DNA of 64,000 nucleotides from Anthoceros angustus (Eukaryota > Plantae > Anthocerotophyta). The position numbers and the translations under genes were made by a program. A model generated the notes under the pieces. The model did not search any database and was not told the DNA's origin. It saw nothing but the letters and a program-made list of their open reading frames with translations. Positions 10,850 to 22,473 of the stretch are shown here, piece after piece (position 1 is the first letter of the stretch; every line of letters starts with the position of its first letter). The DNA lies in contig MU008166.1 in NCBI GenBank assembly GCA_010909165.1, positions 1,426,001 through 1,490,000 of the forward strand, in the 5' to 3' direction.

Positions 10850-11700
10850 CTATTTACCACCGGTGTTGAAGAAGCTACATCTCCCGCGCTCGCTGTCGTT
10901 CCCCGCATTGGCCAACACCCTCACCAAAGCGATGGAAACCCTCTGCCGAAAGAAAGCAACAATATAAGAAGGGGAGGAGGGGGCCAACCCCATTCTTGCT
11001 ACGTGATAAGCCTCGCGCAGCCTCACGAACCTAGAGAAATCCTTGCCCATGGCTCTGTGAGTCTCGATGGCACGGGGGACGAAGGCGTGGCCGTCTTGCA
11101 TAGGAGAGTACTTGTGGACCTTGCATCCCTCCACCGGCCAACCTGGAGGGTTAAGGATAACATGTTCGCAGACACTGTCCCGGATGGGATCAGTTCAATG
11201 AAGAAGAGTGAGCCTGATACGGTTCTGCAGGATTTTCGGAAATCGTGTTGCAACAATTCATGTATTCAACAACTAACCAAAGAGGGTTTCTAGGAAGAGA
11301 GGCAAAGGATTTTGTTGTTAGGAAGATCGGAGCAGGAGATCTTTCTCCAGTCCCTTGTAAGGCCAGAACTGGGGGCAAATGGTAAAGACAAAGTTTCCAC
11401 TTTCCTGAAGGGACTGGTTCCAATCAAATGTTGTCTGAAATCCTTCAAGAGGGTGTACTGCATAGGGTCTGAAAGGTAGCAAGCCAAGCCCCTGAGTTAA
11501 ATCCTCTCATGCTTTGGGCGCTATAGCATGGATGGATTCTACATTCCTTCAATTGGCAGACCGTCTTCAATTGGCAAACCGTCTGCCTAATGTGGAAGGC
11601 TACAAACTTCCAGATACCTTGACCAAGTAAGAAGTGTGGACACAGTGCAATTGTGGCATGGAGCAAAAAGGGCTGCAATATACTTCGTATGCGTATTTCC
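10850..11700 (-). mobile_element. Degenerate non-LTR retrotransposon fragment with a restriction-like endonuclease C-terminus (CRE/NeSL-like)
   Basis: ORF 10850-11134 reads KVHKY...FVPRAIETHRAMG...FFRQRVSIALVRVLANA. This matches the K..KY / F.P.A.ET.G..G / QR.S.A..R..A pattern of RLE elements. The upstream part is frameshifted and the boundaries are approximate. Confidence 0.5.
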
Positions 11701-12500
11701 TCATACTTTGGGAACAGAACTTCAAGTGCGTGAAAATACCCAAATCCAATCGGTTGTCAACTCTGTTCGCTCTGCACGGGTCTGAAGTTCGATATCAAAA
11801 GCATTGGTTCGTGGAAAGATCAAGGTATGCACATTGCTTGCAACTTTGTTTTAAGGCATTGTTCAAAGGGGGTCACAAGGAAGGCGCTGGCATGCAGGCA
11901 CCTCTCTTGCATTCCCACACGTTTGTGCCTGCGGCATAGTGGTGCGGGTTTAACCTTGTCCGGACGCAGTGGGATCAAAGCACAGTATGGTGATCACAAC
12001 TTGTGGAAACGCAGAAACCGTACCTAGTTGGCATGTTGGAGTTTTGTGGAATACCTTTTATGCATAAATATTGTCAAATTGATCTCAATTTTGTTGTACA
12101 ATGCGTTTTTTGGGAGGAGAATTTTGTTGATTTTTTCCCACAAAAACATACATAACATATATCATTATCATTATTACATGAATTAACGATGGGACAAATG
12201 CAATACCCTGTGGACTAAGTACCCCTTGTCCACTCATTGAATGCGTATCATGTGACCACATGTTGATTAGATCTTTTGCAAAGCAGTGTTTTGGGGCTGA
12301 CTTTTCTGTGAACAAACGCTTGTGACGCTGGCTGTGGAGGCCAAGATTTCATCGCGGTGTGCTCGGTGACTGCTTGCACGCTGGCGTGAAGTCGGAAGTG
12401 TGGCGGCTTAGCCTTGTCAGAGGTGGTCATGGGCGTAGGAGCTGGATTTTGATCGATTGGAGGCTCCTTGATTTTGGAGGTTGTTTCTAACATGGTCTTT

Positions 12501-12588
12501 GTTTGCTAGGAGGGTGCTAGTGTGGTGGTGGGGCGTTTTCGGGTGTTTGCTAGGAGGGTGCTATTGTGGTGGTGGGGCGTTTTGGGTG
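12501..12588. repeat. Tandem duplication of a ~44-bp unit
   Basis: gtttgctaggagggtgcta(g/t)tgtggtggtggggcgtttt(c)gggt occurs twice in tandem. Confidence 0.8.
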
Positions 12589-12716
12589 CTTGCTTAGTTT
12601 ACTAGGTGTCAGGTGGGGGGCGGTGTAGTTCTACCATCTGTGTGCTTGGTTGTCGGAGGCCAACGGCTTGCTTCGTGATACGATGGGTGAACCACTTGGC
12701 AGGGTGGAGGGGAGTA

Positions 12717-15700
12717 TGTGGACTACGGACTTCCCTGGGGGGTTAGACATTAGGTAGGATTTTGTTTTTTTTCAGGAGCGAAGGACAAAATGAGGCTAAA
12801 AGGAGGAAATAAGTCCTGCTAGCACTTCCTGACTCAAGACCGAGTATACCCCCGAGTGAGGAACGACTTAGACCTACGATGGCAGCGACGGTAAGACCCA
12901 CTCCACCTGTGACCAGTGTGATAAGTACGCCAGGAAGGTAACTTAGAAGTTGGAGCGTAAGGACTGACCGGCGACGCCACGGACGCACTCGAGGGAGGAC
13001 GGCATGCAATGGGTCGACCGCAACCTTGCCAGAGGCCGTTATAGCGGTATTCACGCCCGCGGCCGCGCGGGCGAGGGCCGCAGCATGAGTAAGAGCACGC
13101 CAGCAGAGCGCCGTGAGTAAGCCATGCACTGGCGCTACGATGTGAAGAGGCGCCCGCCCACGGGCTCCTCAAGGCGTGGTCGCGAAGGCGCCGGCAGCCG
13201 AGACACCGCGATCTCGCGGCCCGCAACCGGCTCGCGGTATCTCGGGACACTGACGCTCGCGCGCCGCTCACCGCTGAGGCCCGAGAACGCGCGCGGAGGC
13301 TCAACGCATGCTAGCCTCACAAGCCAAGAACCAAGGAGAAGAAGGCGATGGCACCCAAAAGCCCGCTGGAAGTTTGGGAGCCATGGAACCTTGTGGAGCG
13401 CAACATTGTGACCCCGCGCTATCCGGACTTTGGGCCTGCCCGGAAGCGGAGAATTGGTGCAGAGTGGCATTTGGATGTGTTCAAATGGTCGGACATTTGA
13501 CAACACCGTCCGGAGTTTCAAGATGTCAAGCATCAACAAGGAGGTGCGGTCCAAGAACCTCCGAGAGGACCCAAGGCGATGGACCTTGAGGTCCCGGCGG
13601 CCTACAACCGCCCAAGGAGGAAGAGGGGAGGGTGCCGAGCCCTCAAGGCGAAGGGAAGATAGGTCCACCAGCAGCCGCTAAGGCTCGGACGCAACGACCA
13701 CCAACGGCTATCGACATCCACCGCTGACAAGCCGAGGCGGGTCCCGGATCATCGCCCATCGGAACCTACTCACCAAGGTGGATCACCTTGGTGATAATCT
13801 ATTAGTGTTCCCGCGCAGCCGGGGAAGAGGGGACTGGGAAGGATTATCTTCGCCTGCTTAGCCAGAAGCTCGCAAGCTCAGAGCGAGAAGCCTTCGCCAT
13901 CTGGGCCGCCCCATACCCGATCCATGTATGGGGCATTTCAACTCCTCAAGGAAGGAGAGCTTGAGCGAGCGCCCGGAAGGACCGAGGCCCTCCCAAGTGG
14001 AGCGGCAAGGAGGGGGGAGGAGGCACAAAACCAAACGGACTGGAGGAGGATGACGAGGGATTCCTGACCCATACTGAGCGGACCCCTCACCACCTGTGGA
14101 AGTATGGAAGCACCGCCTCCTCCTTCCGTGCCCCAACCACCCAAGAAGTGCCCCCAGCCTCACTCGCCATCACTCCGAGGAGCCCCACGACTGTGAGAGA
14201 GCCAAGACGCAAGACCACGGCTACCAACGCTGCACCCTGGGCCGGCCAAGATTCTTCCCCGCGAGTGGCAAGAAGAAGGAGGGCGTAGGGACGCCTGTGG
14301 AGCAGGAGGACACCGGCAGATCCAGAGCCGGGCCCCGCCGCTGTGAAGGGCAAAGGGCGCCCCTGACTCCATCACCTCCGCCGAGCCCCGTGGAGAAAGG
14401 GCGAGAAGGAGCTCGCCAAAAGGGCCAAGGAGGGGAAGCCCCGAGTCAAAGACTCGTGACCTAAGGGTCCCGATTGTCCGGAGAACCCACCGACTTGCTC
14501 CGGATGATGGAGGTCCTGACGACTGAGATGCCCCCGCAACGGACTTTGTGGGAGCCTCACAGCCAGCCGTGGAGGAAACACGGCGGTCCTGCTACCATGG
14601 ACGGTATGCCTGGGTCCAAGGGATGGCCGAGAAGGCCCAGGAGGTGGAAGCCACCCGAGGCGCATGGTGCCCTCCAGAGCAGCTGGAGGAGCCCAGTGAG
14701 GCGAGGAAGGAAGGCCAAGCTCCAGGATTGAGGAAGGAAAACGCCGGAGGCGGAGAGGGGAGGTGGGTCCATCCGCAAGGACCGGACTCAAATTCCTTCA
14801 CCGGAGGAATAACAAGGCCAAGGAGGCCCAAGCGGAGGACCTCCGCAGCAGAGGCGAGCGCAGCAGAAGCGAGGACGCCCGGGCGAACGCGGATCTCGCG
14901 AGGTACTGACCGACCAGAGCTGTCGAGAGGCTCAGTGAAGGTGGCCAAGGAGGCGGAGGCCACCAAGGGGCCGATCGCGATCACTATGCTGGATCGGAAC
15001 CGGAGAGGCGGCCGAGAGAGCCGCGCCAATCAAGGCCGAGCAAGGGTCATGGAGCAAGCACGGCCGAGCCGTGAGGAGGCGCTGAGGCCAAGACCCGGGA
15101 GATTGGGGACCCTGTGGTGCACTGCAGGAGGTAGGGCGCGTGGAGCCGGAGGACAACAAGGACACTTTGGAGTTGCAACCCAAGACGACGGAGCAAGCAG
15201 GGGTTCTCAACGAGAATCCAAGACTTCGAGCGAGAGGTGGAACGCCCAGCCCGCTTGAAGACGGAGGAGAACAGCGGCAAGGAGTTCGACGCCGCCAAGT
15301 TGCGCAGACGGCGGGGTGGAGCCTGACGGGATACCGCCCGCCTGGAGAAGGAAGTGGAGGACCTCCGGAGAATAGAAGAAGGAGGAAGGCGGAGGAAAAG
15401 GTGCCGTCCGCAGGAAGTGAAGGAGCTCACCCATGGCTGAACCGGGCGGAACAACGACGGAGGAGGAGAACGCCGAGCAGCCAAGGTTGCAAGAGGTACC
15501 TGAGGCCTTTGACCTCAAGGGAGTCCGCCCGCCCACACCGTAAGCTTGGCCACGAGACAGCCAGAAGCGGGCGATCGCCTGGCCACGAGCACCGGGAGGA
15601 GGGAGTACCGTGCTCCCATGTGGAGGAGGCGATTCAAGTCGATTCCGACCGCCTACTACCACGCAGAGCTCCTCAAGGCCTGAGGTCCCGCGCCACCCCA

Positions 15701-17083
15701 GTGAGGGTGGACTCCGGGATGGAAGGAGGAGCGAGGGAGGACGGACCCGGGACAAAGACAACCGCTGGAGTCCTAGGAGCTGCTTGACGACGGCAGCAGC
15801 AGCGGGAGAGCAGGAGGAACCGGGAGGAGGAAGGGCGCCACCGAGGTAAGCAAGACCTCGCATGGAAGGACGAGGGAGGATCTTGAAGGGAAAGGTGCAA
15901 CCGGGCATTCGGGAACCAAGGGAGGGCTGGATGAACCCACTAGCCCGGCGAGGAGGCATGCCCAGAGTCGAGGTCCTGACTTTGTCCCGACTGAGGAAAG
16001 GCCGACCCCGAGGTCCGCCTCGAAGTCCGACTTAGGGATCCAGACAGTGACGAGTCCGCCCCGAGGTCCGACCCTGGGAAGGGTTGTCCAAGACCGACCT
16101 CAGAGGTCCGGCCCCGAGGACCTGACTCAAAGAAGGCCGGCCTGAGACCGGACTGAGGGAAGACCTGACCTAGAGGTCCGGACGAGTCGAGGGTCCCGAG
16201 GTCCAAACTCGGGAGTGGGGAGAGCCATCACCACCAACCCCAGCAGATCCAACCCTTGAGGGCCCATCGCAGGGGCCAGAGAGAAGAGGGAGGACGAGGG
16301 AGGACTTGGTGATGGTTGCTGCCGCCACCGGTGGCGCACCGATGACCCCGGAAGAGGAAGGGGTCCCGCGATCATCCGATTGGTGCGCCTGCACATGTGG
16401 CTCTGGCCGGCCAAGAAGGAATGAGGGCTATCCCACCACCGAGCCATATGGACAGGTGGTAGTAGGCGGTTAGGTAACCGATGGCCCCGCCTCGTAATAG
16501 AGGTGTAATAAAGGCACCACCTTCGAGTATAAGAGGGCTAAGGCCGCCCAATAAATCATCTTCTCTTGGTGTTGATGCCGCTGCTGCACCTTTGTGTGTC
16601 TTCTTGCTAACGTGAGTCCCGAGTCACCGAAAGGTGCACGCCCGGGAGATCGGTCCGTGACGACCTAACGTGTTGTGGTGTGTGCGGGGAAGGGTGATCT
16701 GACCGCCCGAGCCGCGCCCAAAGACCGAACGACCGAACGTGTGAGCCGGAGGAACTCGGAGGGCGGCCCGGACGAGAGGCCCGCGAACGACGAGGAGGTC
16801 CGGATCGTAACTTTTTTCTAAGACCGAGGAGTGTAGCGTGAGGGAGAGAGGAAAGGATCGTGTGTGAGTGACGGATGTGAACGATACGACGCGAACGTCC
16901 TTAAACGCTTGGCCATACCGGCCCAGACGGTGAACGCTGAGTAGTTAGCGTGTGTGAGAGACCGAACGAGCGCGGCGGTAGGAATCACCAAACGCTAAAC
17001 GGAGCCTATCATTCCTTTGGGAACGGACTTCCTACAACGACACGGATTGTGCGCGCTACCGCCATCACGAAAGTCGCGCCACA
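12717..17083 (+). repeat. 5' LTR (TGTGG...CCACA), ~4.37 kb, containing a ~3-kb frameshifted ORF starting at 13348
   Basis: Starts TGTGGACTAC and ends GCGCCACA, followed by the PBS. Colinear with 22474-26883. Confidence 0.88.
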
Positions 17084-17086
17084 TTT

Positions 17087-17097
17087 TGGCGCCCGGG
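17087..17097 (+). other. Primer-binding site of the gypsy element
   Basis: TGGCGCCCGGG lies 3 nt after the LTR terminal CA. The TGG start is complementary to the tRNA 3' CCA. Confidence 0.75.
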
Positions 17098-17299
17098 AAT
17101 GAAATCGCTCCAGAGCCGCGGATGCGTGAGGACGGAGGTAGTTAAGGAAGAATTAAGAGAGTCGGACGCCAGATCGCCCGAGCGCCCGAGCGCAGCACGT
17201 GAGAGACGACGAGCTCGAGGCGAGACACCAGTGTGGTGGAGTTGTCGGATCGAGAGGAGGACGCAAGAAAGTCGCGGTAAGGGGCGGTTCCTCATCCTC

Positions 17300-20200
17300 A
17301 CTAATCACGATGACAACGCGACAAGATTCTCTTTGGAGGTAAGAAGGAGAGACGTCAAACCTTCGTGGAGGATTTTGTGTCTCGCAAACTTCAACGGAGA
17401 AGGTTGGATGCATCATTCAAATTGCTCCAAGGGTCCCGCGGGTACAAGCTGGTATAGGAAATACCGCCCCGTAACGCACCGCAACCTTCAAGATTGAAGG
17501 ATGCCTTCAGAAAGATTCCGCGAATCGATCAAGAAGGCTATGTCTTGTCCAAACTCGAGAACAAGCGAGGAAAGACGGAGAAGTTGGGATCAGACATCGA
17601 ACGTTCTATCGGGACCGAGACCCCACCACACTACCATGCAAAGCGTTGGTTCGCAATGGCTTATCCAAGCCATAACACGGCCCGGCGAGAAAGATGTGAG
17701 CAAGGCGGTCGGCGGAGAACTATGAAGAATCGATGCACCAACGACGGCCGAGGACTCCTCCAGGAGGAAAGAAGAAAAGAAGAAACGGGGTCGGAATCAA
17801 GATGAAGAACCCTGAGAAGAGGAGGATGAGACCGAGGTCAGAGGAGGAAGAGGACTCAGGAAGAATCCGAGGATGGGAAGAAGAAGAACCCCACAAAAAA
17901 AAAGAAGAAGAAGCCCGAGTCGAGAGGTGGAAAGAAGGAGGTCATGATGCCCGCTGACGAGGTCTCACCACCTCCTTTGAAGGAAGCGAGGGAAGATCTA
18001 GAACGGGTAATGAAGAGGGTGGAGGAGTTGACGATCAACCGTGTGAAGGATAAAGAACGGCCACGGCCACCACGTCCGACTCATCTGGTGTGCGGTGTGT
18101 CACCAACATGGGCATTCAAGGCCAACCCTCCGCACTCCGGAACTGGAGTACGACTACGGGAAGAGTCCGAAAGGAGGACGATACCAAGTGCAAGAAGCAC
18201 AACCGGACCACGTGATCCTGTGACGATGTACCCACGGTCTGGCATCGACCTCCGATGCAAAGACGCATGGGAGCCCCTCCAGAATTCTCGTGTGGTCTGT
18301 TGGAACTGGAACCCCGACACTACTCCAACGCCTGTCCCATACCCCACCGCAAGGTAACGGAGACTTTGAACTACTGGTGGAGATTAGGCGGGCACATGCC
18401 GACTGTGTCCGAATCCTCGCCGAGGACGGTACGCCACGCAACCCCGGCCTGGGAGCCAAGACCACCGACGCCCCTAAGGCGCTACACAAATTGAAGACGC
18501 AATCAGGAGGGAGGAGGCACCGAGGAGCTCGAACGAGGTGGTACGGGCAAGTTCGCCAAGGAGAAGAAGGCGGACCGAGGTACCGGAAGTATCAACCCGA
18601 GTCGCAAAGGAGCGAAGGAACGGAGAGACAAGAGGAAGAAAATGAGGATAGTCCCACGGATACGGAGGACGGAACACCGGAAGCCGAACCCGCCAAAGAG
18701 GACGAGTTAAACCGGCAGCCCCGCCAGAGAAGAAACCCCAAAAGCCACCGGAGTCTCCGAGAAGCGACTCACCCACGGCAACGCCGCAGCTTCCACCGGA
18801 TGTGGTTCGAAGTGACCGAGATGCTTCAAGAAGAACTCCGACAGACCTGTAGTCCGCCACCACCAAAGAGCCAAACGCCGGAGGAGACAACGCGCGACGC
18901 GGCAGAGAACCACCCGCCCTTTCAAGGTGGCCGACTTGATGATGGACCAACAACACTTGGTGTCCCTTAGGCGCTTGTTAAAGGACAACCCGGCATCGGC
19001 TGTGAAGTCCGGAAGGCCATCGTGGAAACGCAACCACGACGGAACCCTTGGTCCTAAGGGCAAGAACGTGGAGGTAAGGGTCGATCTCATACGGACTCGC
19101 CAGCGCAGTGGAAATTGGGTGTGTAATTAAAACGCCTCTAGACACGGGTCGAGTGAACCTCATCACCGAGGCCACCGCAAGACGGCCGGGTTCACCACCT
19201 TCGAGCCATCCACCAAAACCCTCGTGATGGCGGACATGTCGCGCGAGCCATAGGGAGTTGTCCGAGTCCAAGCCACCATAGCGGAGCCCCTATACATTAG
19301 ATTTTGTCGCCATCGACCGGACTGCATGAGGTCCCTGAAGCGGCCTTGGGCCTCGCATAAAACTACACTTTGGACGGAAGGAGATACACTTCTGCCGTGG
19401 ACTGGGATCCAAGGTGAGGGAAGGACGTAGCGACACTGGAGTAAGGACACGATCGTGAGAACCACACCACAGAGGGTACACCTCCGCCAAGATGGGGACG
19501 ATGAACGCGAGGATACGAATGAGGACTACCCTTTCCCAAAATCACGTGGTCGAGGAGGAGATGGATTAATGGAGGGACGCCTTTGGAGCGGAGGTGGACG
19601 AGGAGGTCATCGATTGTTTTAGGGTGGACTCATGAACAAGAGCCGGGAAGGCAATCAAGAGGAGGGTCCAGCAGAGGACGGGAAGTAGAAACCGAGGAAG
19701 TAACCTGCTTCACTGGACGAGCTCTTTCGGAGTGGGGAATGCGTGAAGATGAACCTGATGGAGGACGATGGACGAGCGCAAAGAAGAGAAAGGGAGACTC
19801 AACCCGACGATGTGGAAGACGTGGAGGTTCGCCTGGAAATTCTCAAATTCGCAAGGGCATGCCGAGGGTTAAACGAGACCTCACGCTTGTTGGGGAATTC
19901 AGGTGTTTGCTTTCAAGGTCACGGATATGAAAGGCATTCAAACAAGGCGTAACACCGATAGATCTGAAGCTGAGCGGTGCCTGCTCGATTAGGGCAAGAT
20001 AAATCAATCCCAAGCACTCGCCAAGGTCAAGGAAGTCTGGATAAGTATCCGGAAGCGACATCATCTTCCCAATCGAATAAAGGAGTGGGTGGCGCCCATT
20101 GTGGTCGTCAAGCAAGAAGCAGGGGGTCCGTCAGATCGAGAAAGCTTAACGCCGCCACGAAAAGGACCATTTCCCATGCCCTTTGTGGACGACATATGAC

Positions 20201-22440
20201 AAGGTGGTGCCGAGTACCTACTCCTTCTTGACGGCCACTCCGCTACAACCGCCATAAGGGAGCCTGACCGATAAGACAACATTCACCACGGAGTGGGGGA
20301 CGTTTGCCTACAAACGGAGTGCCTTCGGGATGACAGGAGCACCCGGATCATTTATGCGGATGGTGACCAATGTCTTCCGGGAATTCCTGAGGGACTTCAT
20401 GGAGGTGTTCTTGGACGACTTCTGTGTGCACGGAGAGGAGGACAAACACGTGGGACATTTGCGGAAGTGTTTGGAACGATGTAGGGAGACTCAACTGTGC
20501 CTGCATCCGGAGAAGTGCTACTTCGGCATGACAGAGGGAATCTTGTTGGGGCACCGAGTGTCGGTAAGAGGGATAGAGGTGGACCAAGACAAGGTGAAAG
20601 TCATCCACCCTCGCACCACCAACGAACTTGAAGGAGTTACGGACTCGGGCATGGTAGGTTACTATAGGCGCTTCATACAAGATTTTGCAAAGGGCCTGTG
20701 CTAACTGGAGCTACTCAGAAGGAGGAGGAATGGACCGACGCCGTAAAGGGAGGCGGCATTCAGAGACCTGCACACCACTGTCGGCCCCAAGACTCAAAGG
20801 ACCGGGGAAGCGATTCCATGTGTACGTGGATGTGTCGCCCTTCGCCGTAGTGCTCACCAAAAGATGATAAACGGAGGGATCACCCAATCTACTACGCTGA
20901 AGACACTCACGACGCGGAACGGAGGTACACTACTACGGAGCGGGAGGCATTGGGTATGGTATACGCCGTTAAGAAATTCAGACACTACCTTCTGCCCAAT
21001 GAGTTTGTGTTCTATGTTGATCGCTCAAGCATTTGGTGAACAAGGCACTTGTCCTGGACGAATTGCGAGGTGGATTCTCACAGGAGTTCACATTTGAGGT
21101 GGAGACTAGGCAAGGACGGCAACACCAACGCGACTTCTTATCCAGATTAAAGACGGAGCCGGCCCCGCAGGATCAAGAGGACGCCTTCCTGATGAGGAAT
21201 TGGTGGCGCTGATAGAGGAGGAGGTAGAGGAGCACAATGGACAAACCCAAGTCGGTGGGACCCACGGCAGGGAGAAGGGAGCGGACGCAGGGGCGGCCTC
21301 TTACGCTGGAGGAACGTACCTATGGGAGATGGAGCTACCCAACGAATCGAACTGGTCCGGCAGCCTTTGTGCACTACGCCGCCTCTTCCTACAGATAACG
21401 GTTGCATCTTTAAGGACCGACGGTGGAACGGTACTCCAACAAAGCAAAACGGAGGTGGTAATAAAGGGATGCACGAAGGACTAGGTGGTGGACATTATGC
21501 AACAGTCACCACCAAGAAAATCTTGAGGTCGGGTAATCGTGGCCCACCATGTATGGGGAAACACACCGTGAAGAAGTGTGATGCTTGTCAGATCGGAAGC
21601 CGACGCCACAACTCAATGGCCGTAGTGCCCATACTAGCACTAGCGCCTTTTGAGAAATGGGGCATCGACTTGGATATACCCAACCCACCACACACGTAAG
21701 CGGTACATCTTGGTGGCAACGACCATCGCACTGTGGGTTGAAGCGCCGCTACCGTAACGGATCATGCGAGCACGGTGGCCAAATTCCTCACGAAAACATC
21801 ATCACAAGGTATGGGTGTCCGCTGGTGATAGGGGAACCCATTTCCTCAATGATGTGATAACGCAATGACGGACTATTTCGCATCACACATCGAAACGCCC
21901 CTACAATCCAAGGCCAACATCGAGAAGACCAATGGACTTATCCGCCGCATCCTCAATAAGTCGACGGTTAACTATGCGCACGATCGATACAAAGTCGCCA
22001 TCGGCGCTATGGGCGCTCGTAACGGCAGAAGGTAACCACGCAACGAACTCAGATTATTCATTTATGGGCACTCACCCGTTATGCCGGCCGAGTTTGAGGT
22101 GCCAACACCCGGCCGTCATGATGGAAAGGCGCTTAACGGATGAAGAGAGCCAACCGGAGCGTTGCTAGGGTTTGTACAAAGATACGGAGGACCGGAAGAG
22201 GCGCAATAATGCAATCGTATGTAATCAACGCAAGCCGCATGATAGGCGCCTTTAGAATCGTGAGTATGTGAAGGAGGGAGATCCGCCTCCTTTACGCCGA
22301 CATATGCACTTCCTGTAAACTCCACCTACGATGGATGGGGCCTTACCAAGTCGACGTATACCCCAATGGGTCCGCTCACCTTCGCTGGATGGTGAACCGC
22401 CCACTGGTGAACGGGTGGCGGTGAAAAGTACACGCTTAGT
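17300..22440 (+). pseudogene. Frameshifted gag-pol of the Ty3/gypsy element
   Basis: Protease LDTG (~19140). RT LRDFMEVFLDDFCVHG and LHPEKCYFG (20330-20704). RNase H FHVYVD and TEREALGMVYAVKKFRHYL (~20815-21020). Integrase HEGLGGGH, CDACQ and PFEKWGID (~21470-21670). Confidence 0.88.
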
Positions 22441-22473
22441 GTTGGCGAGACGCCAACAGTGAGAAGGGGAGTA

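Noticed and set aside
17087-17097. tRNA gene at the TGGCGCCC or TGGTATCAGAGC (55344-55355) sites
   Set aside because: These are only primer-binding sites next to LTRs, with no cloverleaf.
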